From NCBI RefSeq assembly GCF_009914755.1, contig NC_060932.1: a stretch of 64,000 nucleotides of DNA. One strand, 5' to 3'. Positions within the stretch are counted from its first letter, which is position 1. Each line of letters opens with the position of its first letter. This DNA is from the human T2T-CHM13v2.0 reference genome, Homo sapiens. The position numbers were made by a program, and so were the translations under genes. Shown here in pieces: positions 12,497 through 24,180 of this stretch. The notes beneath the pieces are model-generated. The model was not told the DNA's origin. It did not search any database and saw nothing but the letters and a program-made list of their open reading frames with translations.

Positions 12497-14083
12497 TGTT
12501 TAGCAAAAAAGGAACCCAGGGAGAAATAATGACTCAAGCAAAATAATATTTAAGAATTAAGAGAAGATATAGTGAAAGTTGAAGCCAGCCAGTGTATCAG
12601 AAAAAATCATTTACACTATTTGACCAGTAAGAGGCATCATGAAAGAATTACATGTAATAAGTGGGGGTGGAGGAGAAAAAAATTTGGTATGAAGCTGTTG
12701 ATATCAAGCCCTGTATCTGGGCAGGTGGGGGGTATGTTATCTTTGAGGGATTTTTCTATATATGTAAAGGATAGAACAAGAATGTCATATTGCTAAGGGA
12801 TTTTTTTCTCTAGATCAGCTACGAGGGGGACCTCTCTTGATAAGTGACTATAATGTTTGTTGTATACAGACTAATTCAGAGATGAGAATCTAGAGTTGAG
12901 GGTTGAACATTAAGACTTGGCATGATTTTTCCTCAGGAAGAAAGGGATTTGGTAGTCACTGAATGACCCTGAACTATGATATGGTTTCTCCAGTCCTCTG
13001 ATAAAAGATCATTGCTCACCATCTTAGGTTGCAAAAACTGCTGCCAGTAAAACAGGATAGTATAATAAAAGGGAGTAAAAGGAGAACAGCCAAGCAGGCT
13101 ACATAAGGCATTTTGGCTTGGGTGCTGTATCTTTTCCATTTTATACATTCCTTTTTCCCAAGTAATGGCAGTTAAGCATAATTCTCCACTTCCTTACTCA
13201 GATTTGAATATTCTGTACTCCATAAAGGAAATTCTATAACATTAAATTTGTTTATGCACTGTTTTTATATTAGCTAATTCATTTATGTGTACAGATACAC
13301 AGACGGCAGTAGGATGACTGGCCAACCCCCGCAGATGTACACCTCCAATCTGGCATCCCGTAACATTCATAAAATATGTCAACACAGCCTGGAATTTTTC
13401 CACGGTTTATGTTATAACATTGCTGTTCATAGCATACTGGCACAATATTTCATGTTGAAATTCATGGTAGTAAAAATGAAAAAAGGAATTTTCTCAATAT
13501 TTTGAGGCCATTTGCAAAAGTACTCGATCAATATCCTTCTCATGTAATAAGCACTTAAATCAACACAAATTGAACAAGAAAAACACATTCATGTGCCTGG
13601 GTGTTGTATAATAAATAGTTATTCATTTTTTAAAACAATTGATGGTAATTATGCTGTCTTAATGATCATTTTGAACATGCAATGCATCTTTGCAGTACTG
13701 CCTAAAGAATCATAATGTTGTGTGATAGAATCAAACCAATAACAGAAACATATTTATAACCAATGTTGGTTATTCTGCAGAAATATATTTCTAAAGCAAA
13801 TAATAACTTTTGGTGAAGAGTGTTACTAATATCATGAGACTCCTACTGGTGAAAAAGTCACAATCACAATCAAGAATAATAGGTTCTTATTTGGGGAGAT
13901 AGATTGGTGAGTTTGCATTTTCCCTTCACTGGGAGATTTTTGCATCCTTGTTGCTGGAGGTCGCATCCTGCTCAGCCACAATCCAGGAACCAGAGGCCAC
14001 CAGAGGTCAGTCTTTCATGATGGGCAGTGCGAGACAGCCCTTGTTTTGTCCTCCAGGGGCCTCACATCTCAGGAAACTTCACC

Positions 14084-14084
<1 letters not shown>

Positions 14085-14138
<54 letters not shown>
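14085..14138. repeat. (TG)27 microsatellite
   Basis: Seen directly; uninterrupted. Confidence 0.98.
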
Positions 14139-14140
<2 letters not shown>

Positions 14141-14323
14141 CTTCTTTTATTCCCGAATATTTGAAGATGACAGTTTCAAGGATCACTTTTGTTAATTCTC
14201 AAATGTCTTGAAGGAAAAATGAAAGTACTGTGGAGTAATGGAAGGACTCAGGACTCTCAAAACTAATGGAGAAACAAACTCCACTTTTTAAATTATGCAA
14301 TTTAAGCAAGTATTTTTCCTTCC

Positions 14324-14683
14324 TGTAATGATCTGAATGTGTGTGTCCCCCAAAATTCTTATGTTGAAATTCTAATCCTTAAGGTGACACTATTAGAAGG
14401 TGGGGCTTTGGGGAGGTGATTAGGGTTATAGGGGCAGAGCCCTCATGAATGAATTAATGCCTTTACAAAAGAAGACCAAGAAAGATTCCCTCACCCCTTC
14501 CAACATGTGAGGACACAGTAAAAATCTGCTATGAGGAAGTGGGACCTCAGGAAAGACACTGAATCTGCCCACACCTTGACCTTGGACTTCCCAGCCTCCG
14601 GAACTGTGAGAAATAAATATTTACTGTTTATAAGCCACTCATTCTATCATATTTTGTTAAAGCAGCCCAAAAGGAATAAGACA
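14324..14683 (+). mobile_element. MLT1A/MLT1A0 MaLR solo LTR inserted in a MIR
   Basis: TG...CA termini (tgtaatgatctgaatgt ... ggaataagaca) with an exact 5-bp target-site duplication cttcc at 14319-14323 and 14684-14688. Confidence 0.92.
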
Positions 14684-14759
14684 CTTCCTGACCATTATTT
14701 CGTGCTCTGTAATACTGAAATAATAGCAAATTGTATGTAATTTTTACTAAGAGTCAGCA

Positions 14760-14907
14760 TTGTTATCATCGCTATTTTGTAGCTCAGAAAACTGGGGCAT
14801 AGAAATGTAAAACGTTCTGTCTGGATTCACCCGGCTAAAATGTGTTTGAATCAGGTTGTGAACCCAGGTGACCTGGCTGCAGAGTGTGTACTGATAACCA
14901 TCATACC
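14760..14907 (-). mobile_element. MIR
   Basis: Antisense MIR core ctattttgtagctcagaaaactggggcatagaaatg...gaacccaggtg. Confidence 0.75.
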
Positions 14908-15597
14908 ATCCCGCTTCACACATGTGATTTTTCTCTTTGACGATTGTTGCAAAGATTAACCATGTCTTTCCAGCTATTCTCTGCCTGAGATTTTGGTGCT
15001 TTAATAATTTAATCCTTTGTACCCCCAATCTTAAAATGTCATTTGGGACATGCCTGAATGTCTCCATCATAATTATTAAATTATTCAGGAGAATTCAGAT
15101 GTGCTTTTGTACTCCCTGATGTTGGTATCAGGAAGGCAGGCAAAGAACTCTTGATGGTTTCCCATGATTGTTGATCACAACAAATTTGGGTAGTTGCCAA
15201 AGGAAAATGTTAAGTGAGAATTTATTATATAAAAAATAGATTATTGTTAAGTAAAAATATATATGTATGTGTATTACTATATAAACACACATATGTATAT
15301 ATGTGTATATATTTGTGTATTACTAAATACTAGAATCTTGTTTTACCCCTATATTTTATTATAGTACCCTATAGTCCTATATAAAAGACTAATTATATTA
15401 AATTTCTTAAATTTATAATTTCAAATATTTGTTTCCTTGGTTCCAATCCTCTCAATGCAGATACTGCCTATTTTCTCTGCAATGTCTTTTTCATTTTTCT
15501 GGATCACTCTCTGAATAGAATCTCTAGTTGATGCTATTTCCTTCATTTATATCTTCTGGTGAGGTCCTGTACAAATCACAAATATTACCTTATTACC

Positions 15598-15623
15598 TGT
15601 ATTAGGATTCTCCACAGAAACAG

Positions 15624-15675
<52 letters not shown>

Positions 15676-16110
15676 GATTTATGACAAGGTGCTGTCTCAC
15701 ATGATTATGGAGGCTGAGAAGTCCCATGACCTGTTGTCTGCAAGCTGGAGATGCAGGAAAGCCAGTGGTGTAGTTATAAGGTCCAAGAGCCAGAAAGCCA
15801 ATGACATGGGTTCCAGTCCGCTCTCAAGGCCTGAGAACCAGTAATGAATGCTGAGGGAAAGGAGAAGATTGATATCCAGCTCAAATAGTCTGGCAGAGAG
15901 CAAATTCAACCCTTGCCAGCTTTTTGTTTTATTCAGGCCTTCAACTGATTGGATAATGCCCACCACATCAGAGAGGACCATCTGCTTTACCCAGCTCGCC
16001 AATTCAAATGCTAATCTCTTCTGGAGACACCCTCACAGACATACTTTGAAATGATGTTTAACCAGCTATCTGGGCATTCCCGTCATGGAGACATAAAGTT
16101 AAGCATCATA
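15598..16110 (-). mobile_element. MLT2D/MLT2C-like ERVL solo LTR with an internal (CA)n tract (15626-15669)
   Basis: tgtattaggattctccacagaaacagaac and ctcacatgattatggaggctgagaagtcccatgacctg are MLT2 motifs; 5-bp target-site duplication ttacc at 15593-15597 and 16111-16115. Confidence 0.9.
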
Positions 16111-16459
16111 TTACCTGTACATTTATAGGTCTTATAAACCAGGGTCTGATCTGGTGAACTTATATCCTAAAAAAAAAAAGGCTAAAAGAATGTCATTATA
16201 ATGGGATTTTAAAAAATTCCTTTTGAACTAATTGTTTTTCTACCATTTTGAGCTAATTATTTTTTCTACCATTTTTATGGTTATCTTGAGTTTGGAATTA
16301 AAAATATAAAAGTCACCAATTTATTTCCATTTACAATAATTTAAAGAACTCCTCAAAATTGAGAAACAGTTTTCCTTTTCTTGTTTGACTATAAAATTAA
16401 AGTTGTTGATATTTGAAATTAAATCTTGGACAATCTTCTATAAAAGTCAGGATCTCAAT

Positions 16460-16560
16460 TTCCATTCATTCATAAGGAAATACTGTATTTCCTAGGCACT
16501 AGGAGAAAATAGTGAATAAGACAGAATCCTTTAGGTACCTCCTAATCTAAGGTAGAGACA
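16460..16560 (-). mobile_element. L2 3' fragment
   Basis: cattcattca...cctaggcactaggagaaaatagtgaataagacag. Confidence 0.6.
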
Positions 16561-19500
16561 AATTTTCTTTTCAATGGGGAACTATGTAGATTTAGTCTTT
16601 TGCTTTCTTATGTCCAAACAAGAGCTGTAGAGTCAGAATTTTTACTCCAAATAATTATTTTACAAAACATTTTTTTCGTTTACCAAGAGACTGTATTTGT
16701 CTAGATCAGCAGATTAACATGAGTGCCAAGTTATTGTTAAGTTTCAGGCTTTGTAGGATATAACTATGCACTGTTTATAATTTTCTACATGGATTCTAAT
16801 CCTTCTTGTGTTACTAAACAGGTAATTTATTTTTTTACTAAAAAAAAAAAATCCTCATTGACAAAATTACTTGGAAGTGAAAATTAAGCCAGAAGATAGA
16901 GTCTAAATCTTACCTCTGTCCTCAAGTTAATGCAAAAAGGAGACACCATACAAAAACTTCCCATTTTTGTTTCTGACTTACCAAGACATTAGATGGGCTG
17001 TTTACTAGTGTTTTTTCTAAATTGTACTGGCCAATCTTTCACTGATGTGTTTCTGTCTTTAAATAAGGCTACGTACCTTAATCAAACAAATATCCTATTA
17101 TTTACAGAATTAGAAAATATCTGTAAAAAAATTTTAACATATGCTTTTGAGGCATTTTGTAGTAAGTTACTATGGTGGCCATCCAGTTAATGAACATCAA
17201 ATGTACTCAATGCTCTCCATTGTTCTAAATACAAGTGTTGAATGTGTAGGCAAGCCAATGAAGTATATGTATGTGTGTGTGCATATGTATCTGTGTCTGT
17301 GTATGTGTGCATGTTATAAAAGAGGTTTTCAAGATATATATAGTCAAAATATAGACAGAAAAAATAGTAAAAATGCTATTTAATTTTCCAATCTGATTAT
17401 TCAATAATAGCATGGCAATCAAGAAAAACCAGCTTTTGACTAAAAAAAAAAAAAAAAAAGGCTAGTTTCAGGCTGGAGTGTATTGTCAAGACCAAGTTAT
17501 AAACTTCTGAAAAACAGGAATGATAATGGAATTGCTGCTACAACCTTAAATATAACGGTGTGAATGGCTCTGCTATTATTTACTATGGTAACGTAATAAA
17601 AGACAGCACTGTTTGGGCCATTATACTCACTGCTCTTTTTTCAGTATAAATCATTATATTTATTATCTGTCTTCTTGTATAGGGGGTCATAAGAAAGGCC
17701 AATCGAAAGCTGAGGAAACCTACTTTCCTAAAAGAAATTGAGCCTATTTCTAATTCTTCTTCTTTATCAAATACAAGGGAACAGAGAATTTTTTGTGAAA
17801 AATTGTTTCATGTAAGAGTAAAGTGTAGATTATTGGTGAGAAATGACATTCACTTCTAGACATCTTTTAGATCCCTGGGAGATATTGCCAGTCTCTCTCT
17901 GATATTTTTACCTTTCTTCCTTGGAGGATTTGTTTCCTGGCAGGTTTTGAGCAGTGGGTGCTGGAGCTTTTATTCTGTTCTGGAGACTTGTGTTATTATT
18001 TATTGATTGATAACTAAAGCTATGATCTTAGCAAAATAACTCCTTTTGAGTGAATTTTATTTAAACATCAGAAATGTGTCCTACACAGCTTTTCTCCCTT
18101 CTTTTACAGAAATACTACAAACTGTACTTGTTTTCTTTTGCTTGAATGATTAGCTAAAATATTTCATCATACTTTATTTATAAAAATTCCAGAAACAAGT
18201 GTAATTCAACTTCACTAATAATTTGATTGCATATTGTTTGGGAATATGTCCTCACTTACATCACGACCCAGGCCCCCATTGTGAACAAATACGACTTTCT
18301 GAAGAATGACAGGCTCTCTATTTTCAACTCTCTGAAGGGCAGTCATGAACCCACCACCTCTGGATATAAGGTTTAGAGGACCAAGGTACCTGGGAGATTT
18401 GAGGCTGAGAATGAATGGTAGGAATATCATAGATGACAGCTCAAGGGCCCCTTTCTTACTTCCAGGAAAAAGAAAAGTGAATATAAAATAGAACTAAAAT
18501 AACTTTTTTCCAGATGGAAGCTGAACCTCACATTGAAATGCTTCTAAACCAAATGGGGCATATAGGCAGGAGTCTGGTGATAACTTGTAAAAGAAAGGAA
18601 TGTTACTATCCCCATAAGCGAATATTCATTACTGAGAACTCCAGTGTAGTGAGCACCCTGAGGAAATAAATTTAGAGGTACTTTTCCCACCTAACCAAAA
18701 GCATGAATCCTTTCACATAAATGCAATATGCTATCAACTATAGCCAACTCATGAGAGCTGGTTGAGAATAAATTATGCCTACAGCAGCTCATACTCATGT
18801 ATCCTAGGGGATAGAAAAACAGAGTAAACAGATCATATTTTTAAAAATAGAGTAAATCTCAGGCTCTGCATCTCTTTTATGTTAGTTTTTCTTGAGTGTA
18901 TTGGTGTACTGAACAACTATTTTTCTTAGGCTAATGATGGGATTAGAATTATCTAGAAAGGTCATTTTCAAACATTTCCATTTTATTTCCAAAAGAAGCA
19001 TCTTGGAATATAAATGATAATGGGTACATTGGACACAACTCAGCTGGTTTTAAAAGTAAGGATGTAACCCTAGCCTGGAGCTGTGAATACCTGTTCTGTG
19101 GCTCAGAGTATTCATCACTGGCACCCTTTCCTAAGAGGGCCCGAAAGTACCTGTGAGCAGTTGCTGATGTTCTACCAGCGATGTCATGAAAGAGCTATCT
19201 GACATCACAGCCCCATTTGCTTTCATTCATAATGAAAGTCCGTTCCCAGACACCCCTGCTCTCTTTTGATAGGATGATCTACATTTAATTTAAATCTAAA
19301 TACTAGTTGCATATACTTACTTAGAAAGCCTTTACACAATATCAGCACTTAGACTCTGTCTGAAATCAATTGAATAAGGCTCTCTGGGGATGGAACCCAA
19401 GCATTGGCTCTCACTTCCCCTCCTCATACCCACTCCCAAGCAACGTGGCACCAGAGCTTTTTCCCTAACCATGGTGCCAGTCTGCCACCAACAAACACAA

Positions 19501-19645
19501 AAACAACAAACTGTGGTTACATCCGTCCCCACTTCTACACACACCGTCAGCAGGCTTTTCTCTCCAGGCCTTTGCCTGTATTATCCTTGTTGTCTGTGCT
19601 GGTGACTTCCTGCCATATACATCCTCTCTTATCACCACTATCTTC

Positions 19646-19655
19646 CATACACATG

Positions 19656-19709
<54 letters not shown>
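19646..19709. repeat. Compound (CG)/(CA)n alternating purine-pyrimidine tract
   Basis: catacacatgcacgcgcgcgc followed by (AC)n; 64 nt of unbroken alternation. Confidence 0.97.
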
Positions 19710-19711
<2 letters not shown>

Positions 19712-19960
19712 GTATCTAACTCCTACGCATTCTTAGTTTTAGTCACCTCTTTCGTCTTACCTCACAGCAAGCCTTCTAGACACTCCACTGACCCCAAGCT
19801 TGGGTTATCTGTTCCTTCTATATGTATTCATAGGTTACAGTGCTTATCATTTTTACAGTGTATTGAAATTGACTTTTCTGTTTCTCCCAATAGAATTGGA
19901 AGCTCTGAATGAGTCTGAATGACCTGCTCACCACTGTAATCCCAGTCTCTGCCCAGTTTT
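19710..19960 (+). mobile_element. L2 fragment
   Basis: ctaactcctac...aagccttc...tctcccaatagaattggaagctc...ctgctcaccactgtaatcccag. Confidence 0.55.
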
Positions 19961-20079
19961 CTTGGTCTTACCCTGTTCTGTGACTTTCAGTGTCCTGTGC
20001 TGAGTCTTATGAGATCATAACAAACATATTGCGCATTTGCCACTGAATGGTTTCTTAGATGGCATGCTGAATAGGAGCA

Positions 20080-20300
20080 TAATAATAGTAATAAACTTTG
20101 ATTATGTCCTAGATTTCAAGAACAGATCCATAGTGATCCTATGAAGTGGGTGCTGTTTTTATCCCCCTTTTACAAATGTTGAAACTAAATCTCAGAATTT
20201 TAGTAAATTTCTGAGGGTCACACAGCTAGTAAGTAGTAGAGTTAGTACTTGTACCAAGACCTGTCTGATCCCAAAATGCATAGCCTTAGCTACTGGGCTG
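20080..20300 (-). mobile_element. MIR (MIRb-like)
   Basis: cctatgaagtgggtgctgtttttatcccccttttacaaatgttgaaactaaatctcaga...ggtcacacagctagtaagtagtagag. Confidence 0.85.
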
Positions 20301-20340
20301 TCACTACCTTGAGAAAACTAGAGTCTCTCTACTTTTGACA

Positions 20341-20406
20341 TGCCAGAAGGTGTGCAGAACAAGAACCCTGGGCTTTAGTGGCACCGTGCTTGACCAAATG
20401 ACTTAG
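20341..20406 (-). pseudogene. Decayed tRNA-Ile-derived sequence (MamSINE1-like head or tRNA pseudogene)
   Basis: gaacaagaaccctgggctttagtggcaccgtgcttgaccaaatgactta aligns loosely to the reverse complement of tRNA-Ile(AAT) (GAACCCGCGACCTTGGCGTTATTAGCACCACGCTCTAACCAACTGAGCTA). Confidence 0.4.
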
Positions 20407-22576
20407 ATTCTAGCAATTCCACTGGGAAAATGAAGTTGATGTAGATCCTGCCTAGAGTGAACTTCCCCTCTCTGCTACAATTGTTTCCCTGACAATTTTC
20501 ATTCCCTACCAGCTAATTTTCTATAGTCCAACCTAAGCCATGTTATGGGATTTCTCACTAAGGACATTAGTATGTATACAGATGTGCACTTAAAACTAGC
20601 AGCACAGTCCCAGTGAGGAACACAGGAGGTGGCTTAGGAGTTAGGTTTCCCTCTTAGCTATTCAGCCATGAACAGCAAACCTCTGGTCTAGTTGACAGTA
20701 ACCCTCTGCAGAAGAGGATACAGTGTGCATATCTTTCTCTTTTTTTCTAGAGACTAGCTCCACTGATGTATTCATATAATAAACGGTATTAGCATTTTCT
20801 TGATTTTATGTTACATTAACTTTATAGTATGTTTCATGTTCAACAATGCAAAGGTAATTTATTAAAATATGTTTTGGAGGTATGATGAGTCAACATTAAT
20901 ATTGATGACAACGAGGTTATTATCATGTTGACAACTTTTCTTAATTCAGTAAATAATTCCTGGCATAGTCAACACTGGCCACAAAGCCTGTAGTTAATAC
21001 AAAGCAGGTAAATTGATTGACAGAGTCTGGAGATCCAGGATTCTATGAGTATATAGATCAGTAGTTTGCTGATAACTACTGGTGAGGTGGGGCTGGGGGC
21101 ACTAATGTGAACTTGACCAGTTAAGTCAATCTCTACAAATTCTACTTGATAAAATATTACTTCTGAACTGGCTTTCAGACAGATTTACTAATCTGTTCAG
21201 CGGCTTTTCATGGCAGAAGACAAAAAATGCAATGGTTACTATGAAAACATTTGAAATACCTGAATTTGCTTAATACACAGCTTTATTTACTAGAAGCTTG
21301 CAGCTAAAATAAAATTCCCAATAATAGGAGGATTCTATATAAATGTTAAAAGTTACATTTTATTATACAGGGAGACCTTGAAGAAGAGGGCTAAGAAAAT
21401 GTTATTTATGCTATCTGTTATTATCTGAAAGTATGTCAATAGTATGTGCTTCAAAAGAACTGACGGGAAATGTTTATCAGGCGACAATGAAGCCAAATAG
21501 ATTGTTTATGACAACATGCGGAATATATTTCTTGGCAAGGTTTTGAAGTATAGACATGAGGGTCATTCTCATGGCTGCTTTGGATGACATTCATCATTGC
21601 TGAATATCTAGATTTTAAAGTACAACATATTTTTGTATAGAGAGAATTGCTAGGTAGTGTATATTGTGTTTATATTAGCCTTGATGGCACATTCATGTAG
21701 AAATGTAGAAATCTATGTTATTATTTTAATATGTGGTCATTTGCCTGCAATTTACTGTTGCTTGTGCCCTATTTTTCGTGTTTATAAGGGCTTATTTAAT
21801 GCTACAACCAGATAGGCTTATTTGGATATCTTAACTCCGTTTATTCGTCTACAGATTTGTGACTTAAAAGATTAGCATTCATTGACTAGTACTTTTCAGA
21901 CATCAAACCTGCTGTTAATTAGTCAGGTCATATCATATGGAAGTATAAAAAAATTATATATTTGAGATATGGTCTATTTGAATATTTTTAGTCCATTACT
22001 AAGTTTTTGTTGTAATTTAATTTTGAAAAAAGCATATACAAAATTTCAAAGAAGGCAAACAAGGTAGCAAATCTGATTAGTAAATATTGAGAATCATGAT
22101 TTTCACATACGTGTATGTGCATATATATATATTTAACAGTAATTTTTTAAATATCTATTTTCTGTTTTAATTTCTATGTTATTGTCTAATGTAGAAAACA
22201 GGCCTTTGGATAGTCTATTCAAGAGCTGGATGAGCCACTGAAAAGTGGGTCAACTGTGGAAAGCAGCCCTGAATTTATTCATTTTTGGATCAAAGACTCT
22301 TATGGAAGTGCTTTTAAAAAACATGGACAGTGATAATTAATGATAACTTATTAATCATTCCAGAGAGATTGCTGCGACATTATTCTAAAAAAATACATAA
22401 CTGTAGAGCCAGTAGGTGATTTATTGAATGTCATAGTCTGATATTGGCAACAGGGCTGCAAAATGAGTCCAGTTCCTGACTATGAGTCATGGAGTCATCC
22501 AACTTCCTGTGCACCATTCATTACAACAAAAATTCTTTAAGAAATCTTAGCCACCTGCCCATGGGAGCAGAAATAC

Positions 22577-22675
22577 ATGGGGTTTTGAAGTCCTTGATTT
22601 ATACAGTATAAAACAAGGACTTCAAAATCCCATAGATGTCTAACATGACTTAGAAATACAAGATTTCTAAGTCAT
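22577..22675. repeat. Two tandem inverted repeats (28-bp arms and 13-bp arms)
   Basis: 22577-22604 is complementary to 22606-22633 at 26 of 28 positions; 22645-22657 is perfectly complementary to 22663-22675. Confidence 0.95.
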
Positions 22676-22889
22676 ATATTTCTAATGTGACAGAAATCTT
22701 AAGAAATACTGAACTTCATGTTGTTTTTCTTTAACTCTGCACAATAGAAATGCTCAAATTGGTAAAAAAAGAAAAATATTCTATTCATGAGTCTTCTCCT
22801 AGATGAAATGAAGGATCCAAAGAATAAGGAGGCTCTGGCCTCATGGCCATTATAACTTAAGGAGATCAGACAGAAACAACAAAAGTGGA

Positions 22890-23150
22890 GTGTAATTAGT
22901 ATATGCCATATCCTAGATGTATAAAAAGGGCTGTAGGGATGAATTTTACCTGGGGAGATCAGGAAAGTTTTCTTAGCAAAAGTGTGAATAATCTGAGGAT
23001 TAAAGCGTGGAAACAAACAATAGGGAAGGAGGTCCTAGACAGAAAGAAGCTACTAAGTAGAGATGTTAAAAGGATGGTGTTTGCTCAGGAAGGAGTAGGG
23101 AGTTGGTTGAGCTAAAAGCTTAAGTGTGTGAGGAGGGTGTAATGGACTGG
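22890..23150 (-). mobile_element. L2 fragment
   Basis: ggggagatcaggaaagttttcttagcaaaagtg...gtcctagacagaaagaagc, antisense L2. Confidence 0.6.
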
Positions 23151-24059
23151 ATGTGTGCATCCCAAACTTCCTGGCAAGGCTCTGATAGCCAGGTACAGTT
23201 TATGCAACTGTGCCTGTCTCTAAGGCTTAGAGGGAGTGGATTGGTGTCTGTTAAACTGTTTCCTCAGAAGACACAGAAAACATAGAAATCATTGAGTCTG
23301 CCCTGAAAATAGGCAGGATTCAGGAAAGTAAGCTAGCGCATATGTTCATGAATACAGCATAATCAGTATTGACTCTCATAATTCCTTTACAAAATATTCT
23401 TTAATTCTTAGGTGTTGTCCAAATGATTTTATGCAAAATGGAGGTTTGTGCTTAAAAAGCCTTCTTTCCTTAATAAGCCTTAGTGAGATTTGAGTCTTTT
23501 TTTTTTTAGCCAAAGCAGGGCAGTTGATTTAGGACAAGTTACATTACTCCCTTATTCTTATTTTAAAAGAAAATTTCCATTGATTATTTGCCTATGGTTA
23601 AGTTATTCATTATTTCTACCATATGTCACTTATTCTCTGCCTTCAACTTAAGGTATTAGGAGCTTTTACTTTGGGGAGATCAATTTTGGCTATTAAATTG
23701 GACTCCTTGCTTCTTCCTCCTGGGTCTTAGCCATCAGGTAATTTTGGGTACAGGATAATAGGTGCCATTTTGGCTACAACTCACCCAGCATTATGAATGG
23801 TTTTCTGGCTGAATAATTTTAACTAGAGCCTCCACTCTTAAGTATAAAGGATGTTGGTGTCATTGACACATAATCATCCTTTTTCTTTCTATGTACAACC
23901 CAATTTCAATAGAGTGTTTGTCTCTCTGTATATATGTACTTTGTACTATTCCCTTTGTGGATTATCTACACCAATATTTTGAAACCTGACTATCCCTCTC
24001 ACCCAGAATACTCACTCCCAGAGCAGCTTCTCTCAGTTTTAATAGGAAAGTGTGGAATA

Positions 24060-24180
24060 AATTTACTATTTGTAATTCAACATAGCGTTATTGAAGGTTA
24101 CTATGTGCCAGGAACTCTGCAAAGACTTAAAGAGAGACACAAAGATAGTTTTCAGCCAGGGTGGGAATTATCTATTATCT
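24060..24180 (-). mobile_element. L2 3' end
   Basis: attcaacatagcgttattgaaggttactatgtgccaggaactctgc. Confidence 0.7.
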
